Source: an uncultured Bacilli bacterium (GTDB taxonomy: Bacteria > Bacillota_I > Bacilli_A > RF39 > UBA660). From it: a stretch of 64,000 nt of DNA. The DNA is taken from NCBI GenBank assembly GCA_947629445.1, contig CANRDU010000001.1:1386-65385 (forward strand). The letters run 5' to 3'. Positions within the stretch are counted from its first letter, which is position 1. Each line of letters starts with the position of its first letter. A model generated the notes under the pieces. It worked only from the letters and a program-made list of their open reading frames with translations, did no database searches and was not told the DNA's origin. A program made the position numbers and the translations under genes. Of this stretch, positions 18,573 through 29,596 are shown piece by piece.

Positions 18573-20530
18573 CCCATACTTTGTACAGTCTGGTACATAC
18601 TAAACATTGGTATAACAATGGCAAGAACAATGACTCCAACAATACCCGTTAAGAATACGATGATAAGTGGTTCCATCAAAGACTTAACACGAGCAACACT
18701 ATTCTTATGCTCATCTTGGTAGTAAGCTGCTACTTTAGACATCATCTCGGCTAACTGTCCTGTTTTTTCTCCTGTTACAATCATTTCATAAGCAGGAATT
18801 GGGAAAGCCCAATGATCCTTAAATGCAGTAGAGATTTTTTCACCAGATGCTAGATTATTTACTGTATCCAAAATCATCATTTTATAAATCTCGTTATTCG
18901 TAATTTTCTTCAAAATACTCATACTATCTGTAATAAATACGTTGTGTGCTAGCAAAGACGAGAACGTTTTACTAAACATCATAACTTCATTATAAATCAT
19001 AATATTTTTCAAAACAGGAATATGCATCATAACCCATTGCATAAAAGTTCTAAGAATTTTAATGTTACGATAACAATATAAGATAATAGCAAGTACCACA
19101 ACAACACAAGCCGCAATGACTAAGAACTTCGTCTGCAAGAACTCACTAGTAGCCATTACCATCAGAGTAAACTTCGGTATCTTCGAAGCATCCATTGATT
19201 CGTAGATTTCAACGAATTGTGGAACAATATATAATAACATGAAAATGGTTACACCTATTGCCATAACAAATACGATACATGGATAAGTCATCGCACTAAC
19301 CATCTCTTTATGGGTAGATTCTAACTGGGTGAAATAATCAGCCATATCATCTAATGCTTCTGGTAATTCTCCCGTTAACTCAGAAGACTTTACCATGTTA
19401 ATTAAAATGGCTGGAAAGGAATTTCCTTGATTTTCCATTGCTTTTGAGAAATTATCTCCCATCGTTAAATCATACATCATAGAGCGGAACATTCTTTGAT
19501 AGTTCTTATTTTTAAATTGTCTTGTTAAGATATTCATAGATTCAACTAGTGGAATACCTGCTTTAATGTAAGTAGATAACTGTGTTAAAAAGAAAATTAA
19601 GTCTTTTCTCTTTATCTTCGCACCATTACCATTGACACTACTATACATTGTCTGAATCCACTTATTCGTACGAATACTATATACCGTCATTCCCTCACTC
19701 ATTAAGAAGGAATGTACTTCTAGTCGAGAATATGCAGCAAAGTATCCTTTGACCGTTTTACCTTCTGGATTACGGCAAACATACTCCCACATAACTTTCT
19801 TTTCTTCCTTTTCGGCATCCGCACCCTCGAAGTCAATCATCAAAGCTTGTCTATTAACATCTTTTTTATTTTGTGTTTGACGCATGAAAGTAGAATTTTC
19901 AAAAGATTTTTTAGCACGAGCAACCATATTCTTAGGAATAGATACAATCTTCTCTAGTCCATCATTAATATAATCTCCAAATTTCTTCTTATGTTCTTCA
20001 TAATCATCAGAGATATAGACAAAATCATCCTTTGGAATCGCTTCCTTAGCGGTTTCTTCTTTTTTCTTTTCCTGAGGTTCTGGCTTTTCTGGTTTAATAA
20101 TTGAATCTAGGCGAAGACCTTTTAGTTTTTCCTGTTCTGGATTCAATTTCTTCTCTGGCTTTGGTTTTGGTTTAGCAGCTTCTTTCGCCTTCTTAGCTGC
20201 CAGTTTCTTAGCCCTTGCCTCTATTTTTTTCTTCTCTTTACGCATCATTTCTTGTTCACGTTTTACTTTTGCTTGATTTTCATAATCGAGTAACTTTACA
20301 TATATTTTACCAAGCATACCAAAGAAAAGAGAAAAAGGTAACTGAATTCCTTTTAATGCATAATGAAAGAAATGATATACCATAATACAAATACCTAGAC
20401 AAGCATCTGTAATTTTCTTTCCTATACGACTAACTTGTTTATCAAATTTTTTAAAATATCTCAAAATCCATTGTACCAATTTTACTGGGAAAAGAATAAT
20501 GGATAGTATAATTTCTATTATAGCTGCCAC
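18569..20530 (-). CDS. Type II secretion system F family platform protein (PilC/ComGB-like) with a ~250-aa N-terminal extension (TM plus Lys/Glu-rich)
   Basis: T2SSF domain repeats (..LVESMNILTRQF.., ..GEKTGQLAEMMSKVAAYY..). The N-terminal 250 aa have 2 TM helices and a KKAKEAAKPKPKPEKK-type charged region. It overlaps the peptidase gene by 4 nt. Confidence 0.8.
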   Translation of the reverse strand: MAAIIEIILSIILFPVKLVQWILRYFKKFDKQVSRIGKKITDACLGICIMVYHFFHYALKGIQLPFSLFFGMLGKIYVKLLDYENQAKVKREQEMMRKEKKKIEARAKKLAAKKAKEAAKPKPKPEKKLNPEQEKLKGLRLDSIIKPEKPEPQEKKKEETAKEAIPKDDFVYISDDYEEHKKKFGDYINDGLEKIVSIPKNMVARAKKSFENSTFMRQTQNKKDVNRQALMIDFEGADAEKEEKKVMWEYVCRNPEGKTVKGYFAAYSRLEVHSFLMSEGMTVYSIRTNKWIQTMYSSVNGNGAKIKRKDLIFFLTQLSTYIKAGIPLVESMNILTRQFKNKNYQRMFRSMMYDLTMGDNFSKAMENQGNSFPAILINMVKSSELTGELPEALDDMADYFTQLESTHKEMVSAMTYPCIVFVMAIGVTIFMLLYIVPQFVEIYESMDASKIPKFTLMVMATSEFLQTKFLVIAACVVVVLAIILYCYRNIKILRTFMQWVMMHIPVLKNIMIYNEVMMFSKTFSSLLAHNVFITDSMSILKKITNNEIYKMMILDTVNNLASGEKISTAFKDHWAFPIPAYEMIVTGEKTGQLAEMMSKVAAYYQDEHKNSVARVKSLMEPLIIVFLTGIVGVIVLAIVIPMFSMYQTVQSMG

Positions 20531-20648
20531 TCCTACACCTTCCTCTTTATTCTTACACTATAATGATTATAGCATAATTTTTGACAAATAGAAAACATTT
20601 TTACCAAAATGCATAAAATATTTTAGAAACTTTTAGAAGGAGGCAATT

Positions 20649-20948
20649 ATGAACTTTTATAATCCCTTTCTTTATACAGCACCAGTAACAAGTTCCGCCA
20701 GTCTTTTTAGCCGTTTAAACTTAGGTTCTATTCTAAGCGGAACCACTAGAGTATTAAATTTTGCCAATCAAGCAATCCCCATGTTTAAACAAATCTCACC
20801 CATGGTAAAAAATATGAAAACGATGTTTAAAGTCATGAATGAATTTAAAAAAACAGATAGTGGACCATCTAATGTCGACATTCCAAATATTTCCTCTAAC
20901 AATCAATTTACCTATGCGAATAATAATGGTCCAACCTTCTTTGTATAA
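20649..20948 (+). CDS. Small hypothetical protein (99 aa) on the opposite strand
   Basis: Strong RBS GAAGGAGG 7 nt before the ATG. No domain recognised. Confidence 0.4.
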   Translation: MNFYNPFLYTAPVTSSASLFSRLNLGSILSGTTRVLNFANQAIPMFKQISPMVKNMKTMFKVMNEFKKTDSGPSNVDIPNISSNNQFTYANNNGPTFFV

Positions 20949-20955
20949 AAAAGAA

Positions 20956-21594
20956 CTAGGCATTGTTTCGCAACTTGTCTAGTTCTTCTAATATCTTCGT
21001 ACGACGTTTCATTTCGTCGTTTCCTTTTGGTAATTGATTGATAATTTCTAATACTTTTTCTCTTTCATTTTCAATATAACATACATTTTTCTTTAAAATA
21101 GGACCATATCGGTAATCCTCATCTGTATAAGAAACATCTCCCTTTACAAAGGACATAATAATATAGGCTTTTTTCTTTTCCTCTATATATTTTTCATCTT
21201 CAATTCGATAACCTAATGATACTACATATCGTCTTAAATCTTCAAAATCTGTATGAGAGCTAATAATCAATCTTCGTGAAAGTTTTTTTCCTTCTAAGAT
21301 ATGCTCAATCGTGGAAGTGCCCATACCAGAAATCACAATAATATCCTCATCATGAATAGGAATATTGTCTAATCCGTCCGTAAGCATTAAGGTAACAGTT
21401 TTCACTTGAAAACGTAATACATTATATCTTGCTTGGTCTAAGGCATTATTGTTAATATCAGAAGCGATACACTCGCAATTTTTTTCATGTGCTAAATAAA
21501 TATCTAGAAGAGCATGATCACAACCAATATCAATAACTTTACTATTACTAGGAATGAGAGACGCTATCGTCTCTAGTCTTTTGGATATCTTCAT
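20956..21594 (-). CDS. trmK: tRNA (adenine22-N1)-methyltransferase TrmK (YqfN family)
   Basis: SAM-MTase motif VIDIGCDHALL. It holds the conserved position downstream of sigA. Confidence 0.7.
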   Translation of the reverse strand: MKISKRLETIASLIPSNSKVIDIGCDHALLDIYLAHEKNCECIASDINNNALDQARYNVLRFQVKTVTLMLTDGLDNIPIHDEDIIVISGMGTSTIEHILEGKKLSRRLIISSHTDFEDLRRYVVSLGYRIEDEKYIEEKKKAYIIMSFVKGDVSYTDEDYRYGPILKKNVCYIENEREKVLEIINQLPKGNDEMKRRTKILEELDKLRNNA

Positions 21595-22679
21595 TATTCT
21601 GCCATATAGTCACGTAATTTGCGACTTCTTGATGGGTGACGTAACTTTCTTAAAGCTTTTGCCTCTATTTGTCTAATTCTTTCCCTAGTAACACCAAACA
21701 TTTGACCAACCTCTTCTAACGTTCTTGGTTTTCCATCCTCTAAACCAAAACGTAAACGAACTACCTTTTCTTCTCTTTCTGTAAGAGTTAATAATACTTC
21801 ACTAATTTCATCCTTTAACATCTCATTGGTAGCAAATTCTTCTGGACTTAAATTTCGTTCATCTTTAATAAAATCGCCTAAATGAGAATCATCTTCTTCT
21901 CCTATTGGAGTCTCTAAAGATACTGGATCTTGACTAATTTTATAAATTTCACGAATTTTATCAACACTTGTATTCATTTTTTTAGCAAGTTCTTCTTCAC
22001 TTGGTTCGCGATTTAATTCCAAAGTCAACTGTCTTTGTACACGGGCTAATTTATTAATCGTTTCTACCATATGCACAGGAACACGAATGGTACGAGCTTG
22101 ATCAGCAATTGCTCTTGTGATAGCCTGACGAATCCACCAAGTAGCATACGTTGAAAACTTATATCCTTTAGAAACATCAAACTTGTCAACTGCTTTCATC
22201 AATCCAATATTTCCCTCTTGAATAAGATCTAAGAAAAGCATACCTCTTCCTACATATCTTTTCGCAATACTAACAACAAGACGTAAATTGGCTTCTGCTA
22301 AAATATTCTTGGCTTCTGGATCTCCTTCAATAATACGGTCTGCTAAAGCTGCTTCCTCTTCTAACGTTAATAACTTAATTTGACCAATTTCCTTTAAATA
22401 CATACGTACTGGATCATTAATCGTCAAATCTTTCGTAAGGGTATTATCATCTAAGATTAATTTATCTCCACCCTCTTGATCATCATCTTCTGATACAATG
22501 GCAATATTATTTTCATTAAAAACGTTGTATAAATCATCTAAAGTATCAGCATCTAAATCTAGTCCTTTTAAGGATGCTGCTAACTCCTCATAAGTAATAA
22601 ATCCCTTTTCTTTTCCCTTTTTAACTAATTCTTCTTTTCTTTTCTCATAGGTCTTAATTTCTTCCATTATCCTCTTCAC
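21594..22679 (-). CDS. sigA: RNA polymerase primary sigma factor SigA (RpoD)
   Basis: Region 2 [18 protein letters not shown], plus regions 3 and 4. Conserved dnaG-sigA arrangement. Confidence 0.95.
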   Translation of the reverse strand: MKRIMEEIKTYEKRKEELVKKGKEKGFITYEELAASLKGLDLDADTLDDLYNVFNENNIAIVSEDDDQEGGDKLILDDNTLTKDLTINDPVRMYLKEIGQIKLLTLEEEAALADRIIEGDPEAKNILAEANLRLVVSIAKRYVGRGMLFLDLIQEGNIGLMKAVDKFDVSKGYKFSTYATWWIRQAITRAIADQARTIRVPVHMVETINKLARVQRQLTLELNREPSEEELAKKMNTSVDKIREIYKISQDPVSLETPIGEEDDSHLGDFIKDERNLSPEEFATNEMLKDEISEVLLTLTEREEKVVRLRFGLEDGKPRTLEEVGQMFGVTRERIRQIEAKALRKLRHPSRSRKLRDYMAE

Positions 22680-24495
22680 TCCTCAATTTCGATGCTACCA
22701 CTTTTTTTGCTAACTCTATTTTTCGATTATAATCATTTGATTTTTTCAATTCTTTTTGATAAATGTCTAATTGAACTTTTTCATTATATTCTTTTATATT
22801 ATTTAGATAATCCTCAATCTCTTCAGAATCTAATTCCTCTCTTACTTTCAATTGAGAAATTTCTCCAATCGTTTCAATCGCACTAGTATCATCTCGTAAT
22901 TCCGTCAAAAGATCCGCAACATCAATATAGCCATATTTTCGATAAAAAGAACTTATTTGAAATCCTAGTTGTCGATATTGATCCGTTGGCATATGCGTAA
23001 TCTTTTTATCATACATTTTAATAGCATTTGGAAATTTTAACATATATGCTAGTAAATTTCTTTCTGATTTTTCCCATTTTGTCCATTTTTTTCTCGGTGA
23101 AATAGGTAGATTAATCTCTAGTGGTTTCTTCTCAATATCTCCTACTTTTCCTCTTATAAAATCAATAGAAAGATGTGTTTCTTCACTTAATTTTGCCATA
23201 CTCACTTCTAGAAGCGTTTCATCTTTCATTTTTTTAAATTCTTCAATCATCGCATTGGCATAATTGGCAACATCTACCGTATTGTCCATATCGATATTTG
23301 CTTTCAATAAAAATTCTTTAAATTCAATCGTATCCATAGCGGTATTCAGTTTATGCAAAAAAGCATCTTTACCGTATTTACGAATATATTCATCGGGATC
23401 TAGATTTTCTTCTAGGCGAACTACCCGTGGTTCCATACCAATTTTAGAAAACTCTTCTATCGCAGATTTGGTTGCTTTTAATCCCGCTTCATCTCCATCA
23501 AAACAAAGAATAACATTACTAGAAAGTTTTCTCACTAAAAGCGCTTGTTCACTTCCAAAAGCAGTTCCTAGCGATGCCACTACATTGGAAAAGCCAATCG
23601 TATAGGCCCGTATAACATCCATGGGTCCTTCCATAATAATGACACATTTTTTAATTCGAACCGCTTCTTTGGCACGATGATAATTATAGAGAATTTCCCG
23701 CTTTTTAAAAATCGGGCTCTCTTTACTATTGACATATTTATTAGTAGTCTCTCCATGATAAGCACGACCGTTATATCCCACGAGACGACCTCGTGCATCA
23801 TGTAATGGAAACATGATACGATTACGATATAAGTCATACAGTTGAATGCTATTTTCTTGCTCTCCTACCAAGCCACTCGCTAATAAATCTTTGTCATCAT
23901 AATGTTTCTGTTTTAATAAATTGGTTAATAGATTGCCCTTTTCGAGGGATAAACCAATTTCAAATGTCTTAATGGCCTCATCAGGCAATGCCCGATCTTT
24001 TAAATACTGTTTCGCATCCTTGGCCTCTTTACTATTCATATTATTTTGATAAAATTTCTGGGCAATCTCATAAATATCATATAGAGTCTGAAATTTCTCG
24101 TTCTTCTTTTCATGAGAATAGTTTAATTGAAAAGGAATTCCCGCTAGATCCGCACACCATTGAACAGCCTCCAAAAAAGAAATATTTTCAAAGTCCTGTA
24201 AAAATTTAAAGACATTTCCTGTCGCCCCACAAGAGAAGCAAGTATAAATTTGCTTTTCACGAGAAACACTCATACTGGGAGAATGATCATCATGAAAAGG
24301 ACATACCCCAAAGTAGTTTTTTCCACGAGCGGTTAAAGGAACTCGATCAGAAATGACTTCGACAATATCTACACTATTTCGAATATCGTTAATTACACTA
24401 TTTTCTAGCAAAGATATCACTTCCCCAAAAAACCCTACATCTATAATATACGAGGAAATTTTTTCATTTCCTTTTTTTTGACAAAAAAAATTCAA
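22654..24495 (-). CDS. dnaG: DNA primase DnaG
   Basis: Zinc-binding domain [18 protein letters not shown] and a Toprim domain. It overlaps the sigA start. Confidence 0.9.
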   Translation of the reverse strand: MNFFCQKKGNEKISSYIIDVGFFGEVISLLENSVINDIRNSVDIVEVISDRVPLTARGKNYFGVCPFHDDHSPSMSVSREKQIYTCFSCGATGNVFKFLQDFENISFLEAVQWCADLAGIPFQLNYSHEKKNEKFQTLYDIYEIAQKFYQNNMNSKEAKDAKQYLKDRALPDEAIKTFEIGLSLEKGNLLTNLLKQKHYDDKDLLASGLVGEQENSIQLYDLYRNRIMFPLHDARGRLVGYNGRAYHGETTNKYVNSKESPIFKKREILYNYHRAKEAVRIKKCVIIMEGPMDVIRAYTIGFSNVVASLGTAFGSEQALLVRKLSSNVILCFDGDEAGLKATKSAIEEFSKIGMEPRVVRLEENLDPDEYIRKYGKDAFLHKLNTAMDTIEFKEFLLKANIDMDNTVDVANYANAMIEEFKKMKDETLLEVSMAKLSEETHLSIDFIRGKVGDIEKKPLEINLPISPRKKWTKWEKSERNLLAYMLKFPNAIKMYDKKITHMPTDQYRQLGFQISSFYRKYGYIDVADLLTELRDDTSAIETIGEISQLKVREELDSEEIEDYLNNIKEYNEKVQLDIYQKELKKSNDYNRKIELAKKVVASKLRSEEDNGRN

Positions 24496-24529
24496 TTTTT
24501 AAATCATTGTTTCGTATTATACCACAAAA

Positions 24530-24557
24530 TAAAAAAAAGGAAAGATTATTCTTTCCA
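24530..24557 (-). terminator. Rho-independent terminator downstream of comEC
   Basis: GGAAAGA-ttat-TCTTTCC followed by a T-run on the minus strand. Confidence 0.5.
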
Positions 24558-24580
24558 TCTATATGAAAACGCTAAATACG

Positions 24581-26557
24581 TTAGCGTGCCGTAGTAACGT
24601 GCATAGAAGAACCCAAAGAGATTTTAGTAGCTCCTTCTATACTCGTTAGATACCTTTTACAATTTTGTAAACGATTTAAAGTTTCTGGATGAGGATGACC
24701 AAAACGGTTTTGATAACCAGAAGAAATAAGGCAAATGGATGGATTTATTTTTTCTGCAAATTCTAAACTAGTACTATTTTTAGAACCATGATGACCTACT
24801 TTTAATATATCTATCTTGGGAAGATTATATTCCTCAAGAAGATATTTCTCTGTTAAAAATCCACTATCTCCCATCAATAAAATATTTTTCCCATAAAGTT
24901 GCAAATAGAGAACTAAACTATCCTCGTTTTCATTTTCACTCCGACGAGTATTTAAAAAATATAGATTTCCCTTTTTTCGCTGAATCACACCATGCGATAA
25001 TTCTTCATGTGGAATACCTTGTTTCTCCATATAAGAAAGAAGCTCTTGCTCCAAATTTGTTAAAGAGCCACTATTCATAATTACTTGGCGAACCGGAAAA
25101 AGTTCTAAAAGAGAGATTGCTTCATTCATATGATCCAAATCACCATGTGTTAATATCAAATAGTCTAATTTACGTATTCCATAAGCATGTAAGGTGGGTA
25201 GTAAAATATTTTTAGCAATAGAACTTCCATAAATTCCTCCTGTATCTACTAAAATGGTCGTAGATTGATGAGGAAAAATGATGAGAATACTATCTCCCTG
25301 CCCTACATCCAACATTAGAATAGTCGCCTTGGGATTTAAAATGGGGCTGATGAAATGAATCATTAAAAAGACAATTAATATTACAATATATTTATATTCT
25401 TTTTGTAACATTTTGTGTATCACAAAAAGAAAAAGAAGATAGTAACCAATAATACCCACTATCGATAAATGGGGAAAATAGATAACAGTCGGTAAGTTAG
25501 ATAAAAAAAGGCTCCCTTTTTCGAACATAGATAGCAGTAGCAAATAAAATGGTTCCAAGATAGGAAAAAAGAGGGACAGAAAAGAAAATGGGAACAAAAA
25601 GAAAGTGACTAATGGTATAAAAATCAAATTATAAAGGAAAGATAATACATTAAAAGAAAAAGATGTATAAATAGAAATCGGAATACTTACTAAAAAAATA
25701 TAAATAGAAAGTTCTAAAAGTGTCATTTTATTTTTTTTAGAAAAGATATAAATAAGAAAAAAACTAATCATAAAACTAAAAAGAAAGCCCGTATTTTGAA
25801 TAAAATATGGAAAAATGGAAAGAATCAGTAACGTAAATAGAATAAAAGAAGGTAGCAGCTGGATGCCAAATTGAGAAGTAATGGAGGAAAAATAAGGAAA
25901 AAGAGAAGCACGGATGAGAGATGGAGGAAAATCCGTTAAAAATAAATAGAATAAACTAAATACAAGAAAAGGAATATCTCTTTTCTTTTTTTTCGAGAAA
26001 AGTTTACGATAGCATAGGAAAAAAAAGCCCATATGCATTCCTGATAAGGAAAAAAGATGACTGATTCCATTTTTTTGATAACTCTCTTTTATTTCAGTAG
26101 ATAATCCCTCTTTATTTCCTAATATAAAAGCTTGATAGTAAGCCTTTCCTTTTCGACTTTCTATATATTTTTGAATACTTTCTTTCCATTGATACAAAAG
26201 CGAAGGGTTCGCCATAATCTCGCAATTACCTTCCATTTCATAGAAAATGCCGATACTATATAAATATTTTTCGTAATCCCAAATATAAAAATTGCGATTG
26301 GTATGAATTTTCTCCCGATTGCCCTTACAAAGGACTTTCGAACCTAGTGGAATTTCTTGGGCAGTAGTGACCATGGTGTTTCGAATCCGAATTCTTCCTT
26401 CTTGTTTTTCTTCTACGACTCCTATCATGTCATTTTTATCACCATGTAACAAATGATTCCTATGGTAAAAAAAGAAGAAAATAAAAAAAAGAGAAGTAAT
26501 TATGAAAATTTTATATGGTAATGGAATCCTTGATTTTTTCATATACACTTTCACCAA
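24581..26557 (-). CDS. comEC: DNA internalisation competence protein ComEC/Rec2
   Basis: Polytopic membrane domain plus a C-terminal metallo-beta-lactamase domain (HGDLDHMN, GHHGS). Confidence 0.85.
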   Translation of the reverse strand: MVKVYMKKSRIPLPYKIFIITSLFFIFFFFYHRNHLLHGDKNDMIGVVEEKQEGRIRIRNTMVTTAQEIPLGSKVLCKGNREKIHTNRNFYIWDYEKYLYSIGIFYEMEGNCEIMANPSLLYQWKESIQKYIESRKGKAYYQAFILGNKEGLSTEIKESYQKNGISHLFSLSGMHMGFFFLCYRKLFSKKKKRDIPFLVFSLFYLFLTDFPPSLIRASLFPYFSSITSQFGIQLLPSFILFTLLILSIFPYFIQNTGFLFSFMISFFLIYIFSKKNKMTLLELSIYIFLVSIPISIYTSFSFNVLSFLYNLIFIPLVTFFLFPFSFLSLFFPILEPFYLLLLSMFEKGSLFLSNLPTVIYFPHLSIVGIIGYYLLFLFVIHKMLQKEYKYIVILIVFLMIHFISPILNPKATILMLDVGQGDSILIIFPHQSTTILVDTGGIYGSSIAKNILLPTLHAYGIRKLDYLILTHGDLDHMNEAISLLELFPVRQVIMNSGSLTNLEQELLSYMEKQGIPHEELSHGVIQRKKGNLYFLNTRRSENENEDSLVLYLQLYGKNILLMGDSGFLTEKYLLEEYNLPKIDILKVGHHGSKNSTSLEFAEKINPSICLISSGYQNRFGHPHPETLNRLQNCKRYLTSIEGATKISLGSSMHVTTAR

Positions 26558-27146
26558 TACCGGATACTTTTTGGATATCTTCTATTTTTTGAAAAGGATT
26601 AGTCTTTCGATATTCGATGATAGCTAAAGCTTTGGCTGCCCCTATTCCTGATAATGTCATTAATTCCTCTTTGGTAGCTGTATTAATATTTACTTTTCCT
26701 TCTTGCTTTTCTTCTGTATTAGAAATACAAGCACTATTTTGAACATCAGGACAATGGCAAGCCGACTCTATATACTCGATTTTCGTTTTTCCTTCTTTAA
26801 ATTCTTCTATTTCTTTTTCGGTATAAATCCAAATGACATCGCCATCTTCTACCTTACGACTCATATTTAAAAAGTCTGTATTAGCGCCTTTTAAAAGTCC
26901 ACCTGCTTTTTCAATAACTTCTGCTACCCTAATCCCTTCTTCTACTTCATATACTCCAGGTTTTTGAACAGCCCCTTTGATATCTATCCAAATAAAAGGA
27001 TGGGCTTCTACTACTATCTCTTCTTCTTTTTTTTCTACGAGTAGTGGTGTATCACTTTCTTTTGGGATAAGAAAGGCATAAGCACTATATCCAATACATA
27101 AAATAACAATAGTCAAAAAAATTATTTTTTTCACCAATTTTAACAC
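26511..27146 (-). CDS. comEA: Competence protein ComEA (DNA receptor, helix-hairpin-helix)
   Basis: N-terminal TM, a SLBB-like region and a C-terminal tandem HhH (LMTLSGIGAAKALAII..VSGIGESVYEKI). Confidence 0.8.
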   Translation of the reverse strand: MLKLVKKIIFLTIVILCIGYSAYAFLIPKESDTPLLVEKKEEEIVVEAHPFIWIDIKGAVQKPGVYEVEEGIRVAEVIEKAGGLLKGANTDFLNMSRKVEDGDVIWIYTEKEIEEFKEGKTKIEYIESACHCPDVQNSACISNTEEKQEGKVNINTATKEELMTLSGIGAAKALAIIEYRKTNPFQKIEDIQKVSGIGESVYEKIKDSITI

Positions 27147-27184
27147 CTCCTACTATATTGTTATCGTTTTTCTTTCCCTTTCCT

Positions 27185-27213
27185 TTTTTGTAAACATCGT
27201 GTATAATGAAAGA
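27185..27213 (+). promoter_or_regulatory. Putative sigma-A promoter with an extended -10 (TGTATAAT) upstream of the glmS ribozyme
   Basis: TTGTAA...TGTATAAT, with TATAAT at 27202..27207. Confidence 0.4.
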
Positions 27214-27237
27214 AAGAATAAAGATAGAAAGGAATGT

Positions 27238-27380
27238 TATTCTTAGCGCCAGAACCTACGGGTTGACGAGGTTAGTAGTGATCGAAATTTCGGCGGATGC
27301 TACTACGGGAAATCGTTAGTTCTATTTTAAAAAACAAAATCAAGATTGTAACAAAAAGTAGAACGTTAGAAAGGATGATT
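27238..27380 (+). promoter_or_regulatory. glmS ribozyme (GlcN6P-responsive self-cleaving riboswitch)
   Basis: Core AGCGCCAGAAC... and ...GTGATCGAAATTTCGGCGGATGC, which match the conserved glmS ribozyme P1/P2 core. It lies immediately 5' of glmS. Confidence 0.8.
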
Positions 27381-27382
27381 TT

Positions 27383-29176
27383 ATGTGCGGTATTGTTGGA
27401 TATATTGGTAAAGGAAATGCTCTTTCTACTATTATTGGAGGACTAGAAGCATTAGAATATAGAGGATATGATTCTGCTGGGATTGCCTATGTTCTCAATC
27501 AAGATATTCACATTATCAAAAAACAAGGAAGAATTGAATCTTTAAAAAACGCTATTGATTTTTCTTTAGCGCCTTCCATAGGAATTGGACATACAAGGTG
27601 GGCAACCCATGGTGAACCTAGTGAAAGAAATGCCCATCCCCATGCCTGTGGCAAGTTCGTCATTGTTCATAATGGAATTATTGAAAATTATCAAGAATTA
27701 AAAAAAGAATTAGAAGAAAAAGGATATCGTATGGTATCTGATACGGATACAGAAATTGCTTGTGCATTACTAGATTATCTCTATCAAGAAGACAAAGATA
27801 TCATTCGAGTACTAACAAAAGTCCAAGACAAATTAAGAGGAAGTTATGCTTTTGCCATTTTATGTTATGATCAACCAGATATCATATACGCAATGCGTAA
27901 TCAAAGTCCACTTATCGTAGCGGTTTCAGAAAATGATAAGTATATTGCTTCCGATGTTCCCGCTATTTTAGAACATACCAACGAATACTATTTACTTGAA
28001 AATGGAGATATCGCCATGTTAAAACAGAATTCTCTTTCCTTCTATCATGATGGATTAGAAATTTCTAAAGAAAAACTAGTATTTGAAGGTTCTAAAGAAG
28101 CTTCTCAAAAAGACGGTTATCCTCATTTTATGTTAAAAGAAATCCATGAGCAACCAAAAGTAGTTCATGATACTATTGCATTTTATTTCGACGGTACTTT
28201 AGAATCTCTAGATAAGAATTTACCTCCTCTCGATAAATATCGTAATATTCATATTGTTGCATGTGGTAGTGCTTATCATGCAGGTCTTGTTGCCAAAACT
28301 TTAATGGAAGAAGTAGCGGAAATACCAGTTACGTGTGAAATTGCATCAGAATATCGTTATAAAAATGTTTTCTACGATGAAAAGACACTAGTCATTGTTA
28401 TTTCACAGTCTGGAGAAACAGCCGATACTTTAGCATCTCTTAGAAAAGCAAAAGAAGATCATATTGATACTTTAGCTATTGTCAATGTCGTTGGTTCTTC
28501 TATTGCTAGAGAAGCAGACCAAGTTCTCTATATAAAGGCAGGATGTGAAATAGCGGTTGCAACCACAAAAGCTTACTCTGCTCAAATTGCCATTCTCTCT
28601 TTATTAGCGCTTAAACTTGCTTATATTCGTGGAAAAATAAATAGGCAATCACTCTTAGAACTCCAACAAGAAATCGAAACTCTTCCTGATAAAATTACGG
28701 AGCTTCTTCAAAGACAAGACTATTTAAGAATTGCCGAAAAGATATATCAAAGAGATGACATTTTTTATCTAGGACGTAAAATTGATTATGCCATCAGTAT
28801 GGAAGGTGCTTTAAAATTAAAAGAAATTTCCTATATTAATAGTGTTTCTTATCCTGCAGGAGAATTAAAGCATGGAACGATTTCTCTCGTAGAAGAAGGA
28901 ACTCCTGTTATTGGGATTATTACCGATTCCTTAGTTTTAGAAAAAACAATTAGTAATTTAAAAGAAACTAGTGCGAGAGGTTCTCATATCATTCTCATTA
29001 CTAATGAACCAGATAAAAATATGGGAGATACTATTGTCATTCCCAAAATCCATCCACTATTACAACCTCTTCTTACGATTATTCCCCTTCAATTACTTGC
29101 TTATGAAATTGCTCGTCTTCGTGGATGTGATATCGATAAACCTAGAAACTTAGCAAAATCCGTAACAGTGGAATAA
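27383..29176 (+). CDS. glmS: Glutamine--fructose-6-phosphate aminotransferase GlmS
   Basis: N-terminal MCGIVGY Ntn-amidotransferase, two SIS domains and the C-terminal ..KSVTVE. Confidence 0.95.
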   Translation: MCGIVGYIGKGNALSTIIGGLEALEYRGYDSAGIAYVLNQDIHIIKKQGRIESLKNAIDFSLAPSIGIGHTRWATHGEPSERNAHPHACGKFVIVHNGIIENYQELKKELEEKGYRMVSDTDTEIACALLDYLYQEDKDIIRVLTKVQDKLRGSYAFAILCYDQPDIIYAMRNQSPLIVAVSENDKYIASDVPAILEHTNEYYLLENGDIAMLKQNSLSFYHDGLEISKEKLVFEGSKEASQKDGYPHFMLKEIHEQPKVVHDTIAFYFDGTLESLDKNLPPLDKYRNIHIVACGSAYHAGLVAKTLMEEVAEIPVTCEIASEYRYKNVFYDEKTLVIVISQSGETADTLASLRKAKEDHIDTLAIVNVVGSSIAREADQVLYIKAGCEIAVATTKAYSAQIAILSLLALKLAYIRGKINRQSLLELQQEIETLPDKITELLQRQDYLRIAEKIYQRDDIFYLGRKIDYAISMEGALKLKEISYINSVSYPAGELKHGTISLVEEGTPVIGIITDSLVLEKTISNLKETSARGSHIILITNEPDKNMGDTIVIPKIHPLLQPLLTIIPLQLLAYEIARLRGCDIDKPRNLAKSVTVE

Positions 29177-29177
29177 A

Positions 29178-29207
29178 AAAAGAGAAAAATCCTTTCTCTT
29201 TTTTTAT
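29178..29207. terminator. Bidirectional rho-independent terminator
   Basis: AAAGAGAAA-aatcc-TTTCTCTTT followed by TTTTTT. Confidence 0.6.
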
Positions 29208-29596
29208 GGAATAATTAAAGAATATAGCACTTCCTCTTCTCTTCTACTAATCTCTTCCCCACCAAATCTTTTTAAGATGCGAATCATCGGAAGATTATGT
29301 GATGAAAAGGTTAATTCTAAGGATGGAATAGAAGAATTTTTTAACATTTCTATTAAATTTTTAAAAAGTCTAGTGCCATAGCCATTTCCCCTTTTTTCTT
29401 CTCTTATAAAAATATAAATATTGTTAGGTTTCATCGTATCCACTTTAGCATATCCCACTACTTCATTTTCCAAGCGAAAGAAATAAAATGGTTCTTCTAT
29501 AGGAACATTCATTTCTTTTTTCTCTTCTTCTGTCATCTTACAAAATGTTTCCATTATTTTTCTTTTCCTCCTTTTGACTAAAAAATTCTGGAACAA
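29204..29596 (-). CDS. GNAT family N-acetyltransferase
   Basis: ..IFIREEKRGNGYGTRLFKNLIE.. motif A. Confidence 0.7.
   Translation of the reverse strand: MFQNFLVKRRKRKIMETFCKMTEEEKKEMNVPIEEPFYFFRLENEVVGYAKVDTMKPNNIYIFIREEKRGNGYGTRLFKNLIEMLKNSSIPSLELTFSSHNLPMIRILKRFGGEEISRREEEVLYSLIIP

Noticed and set aside
20581-20620. A sigma-A promoter for the 99-aa plus-strand ORF (TTGACA at 20581)
   Set aside because: The spacing from this -35 to the only -10-like hexamer (ATAAAAT at about 20613) is about 26 nt, which is too long. No confident promoter call can be made.
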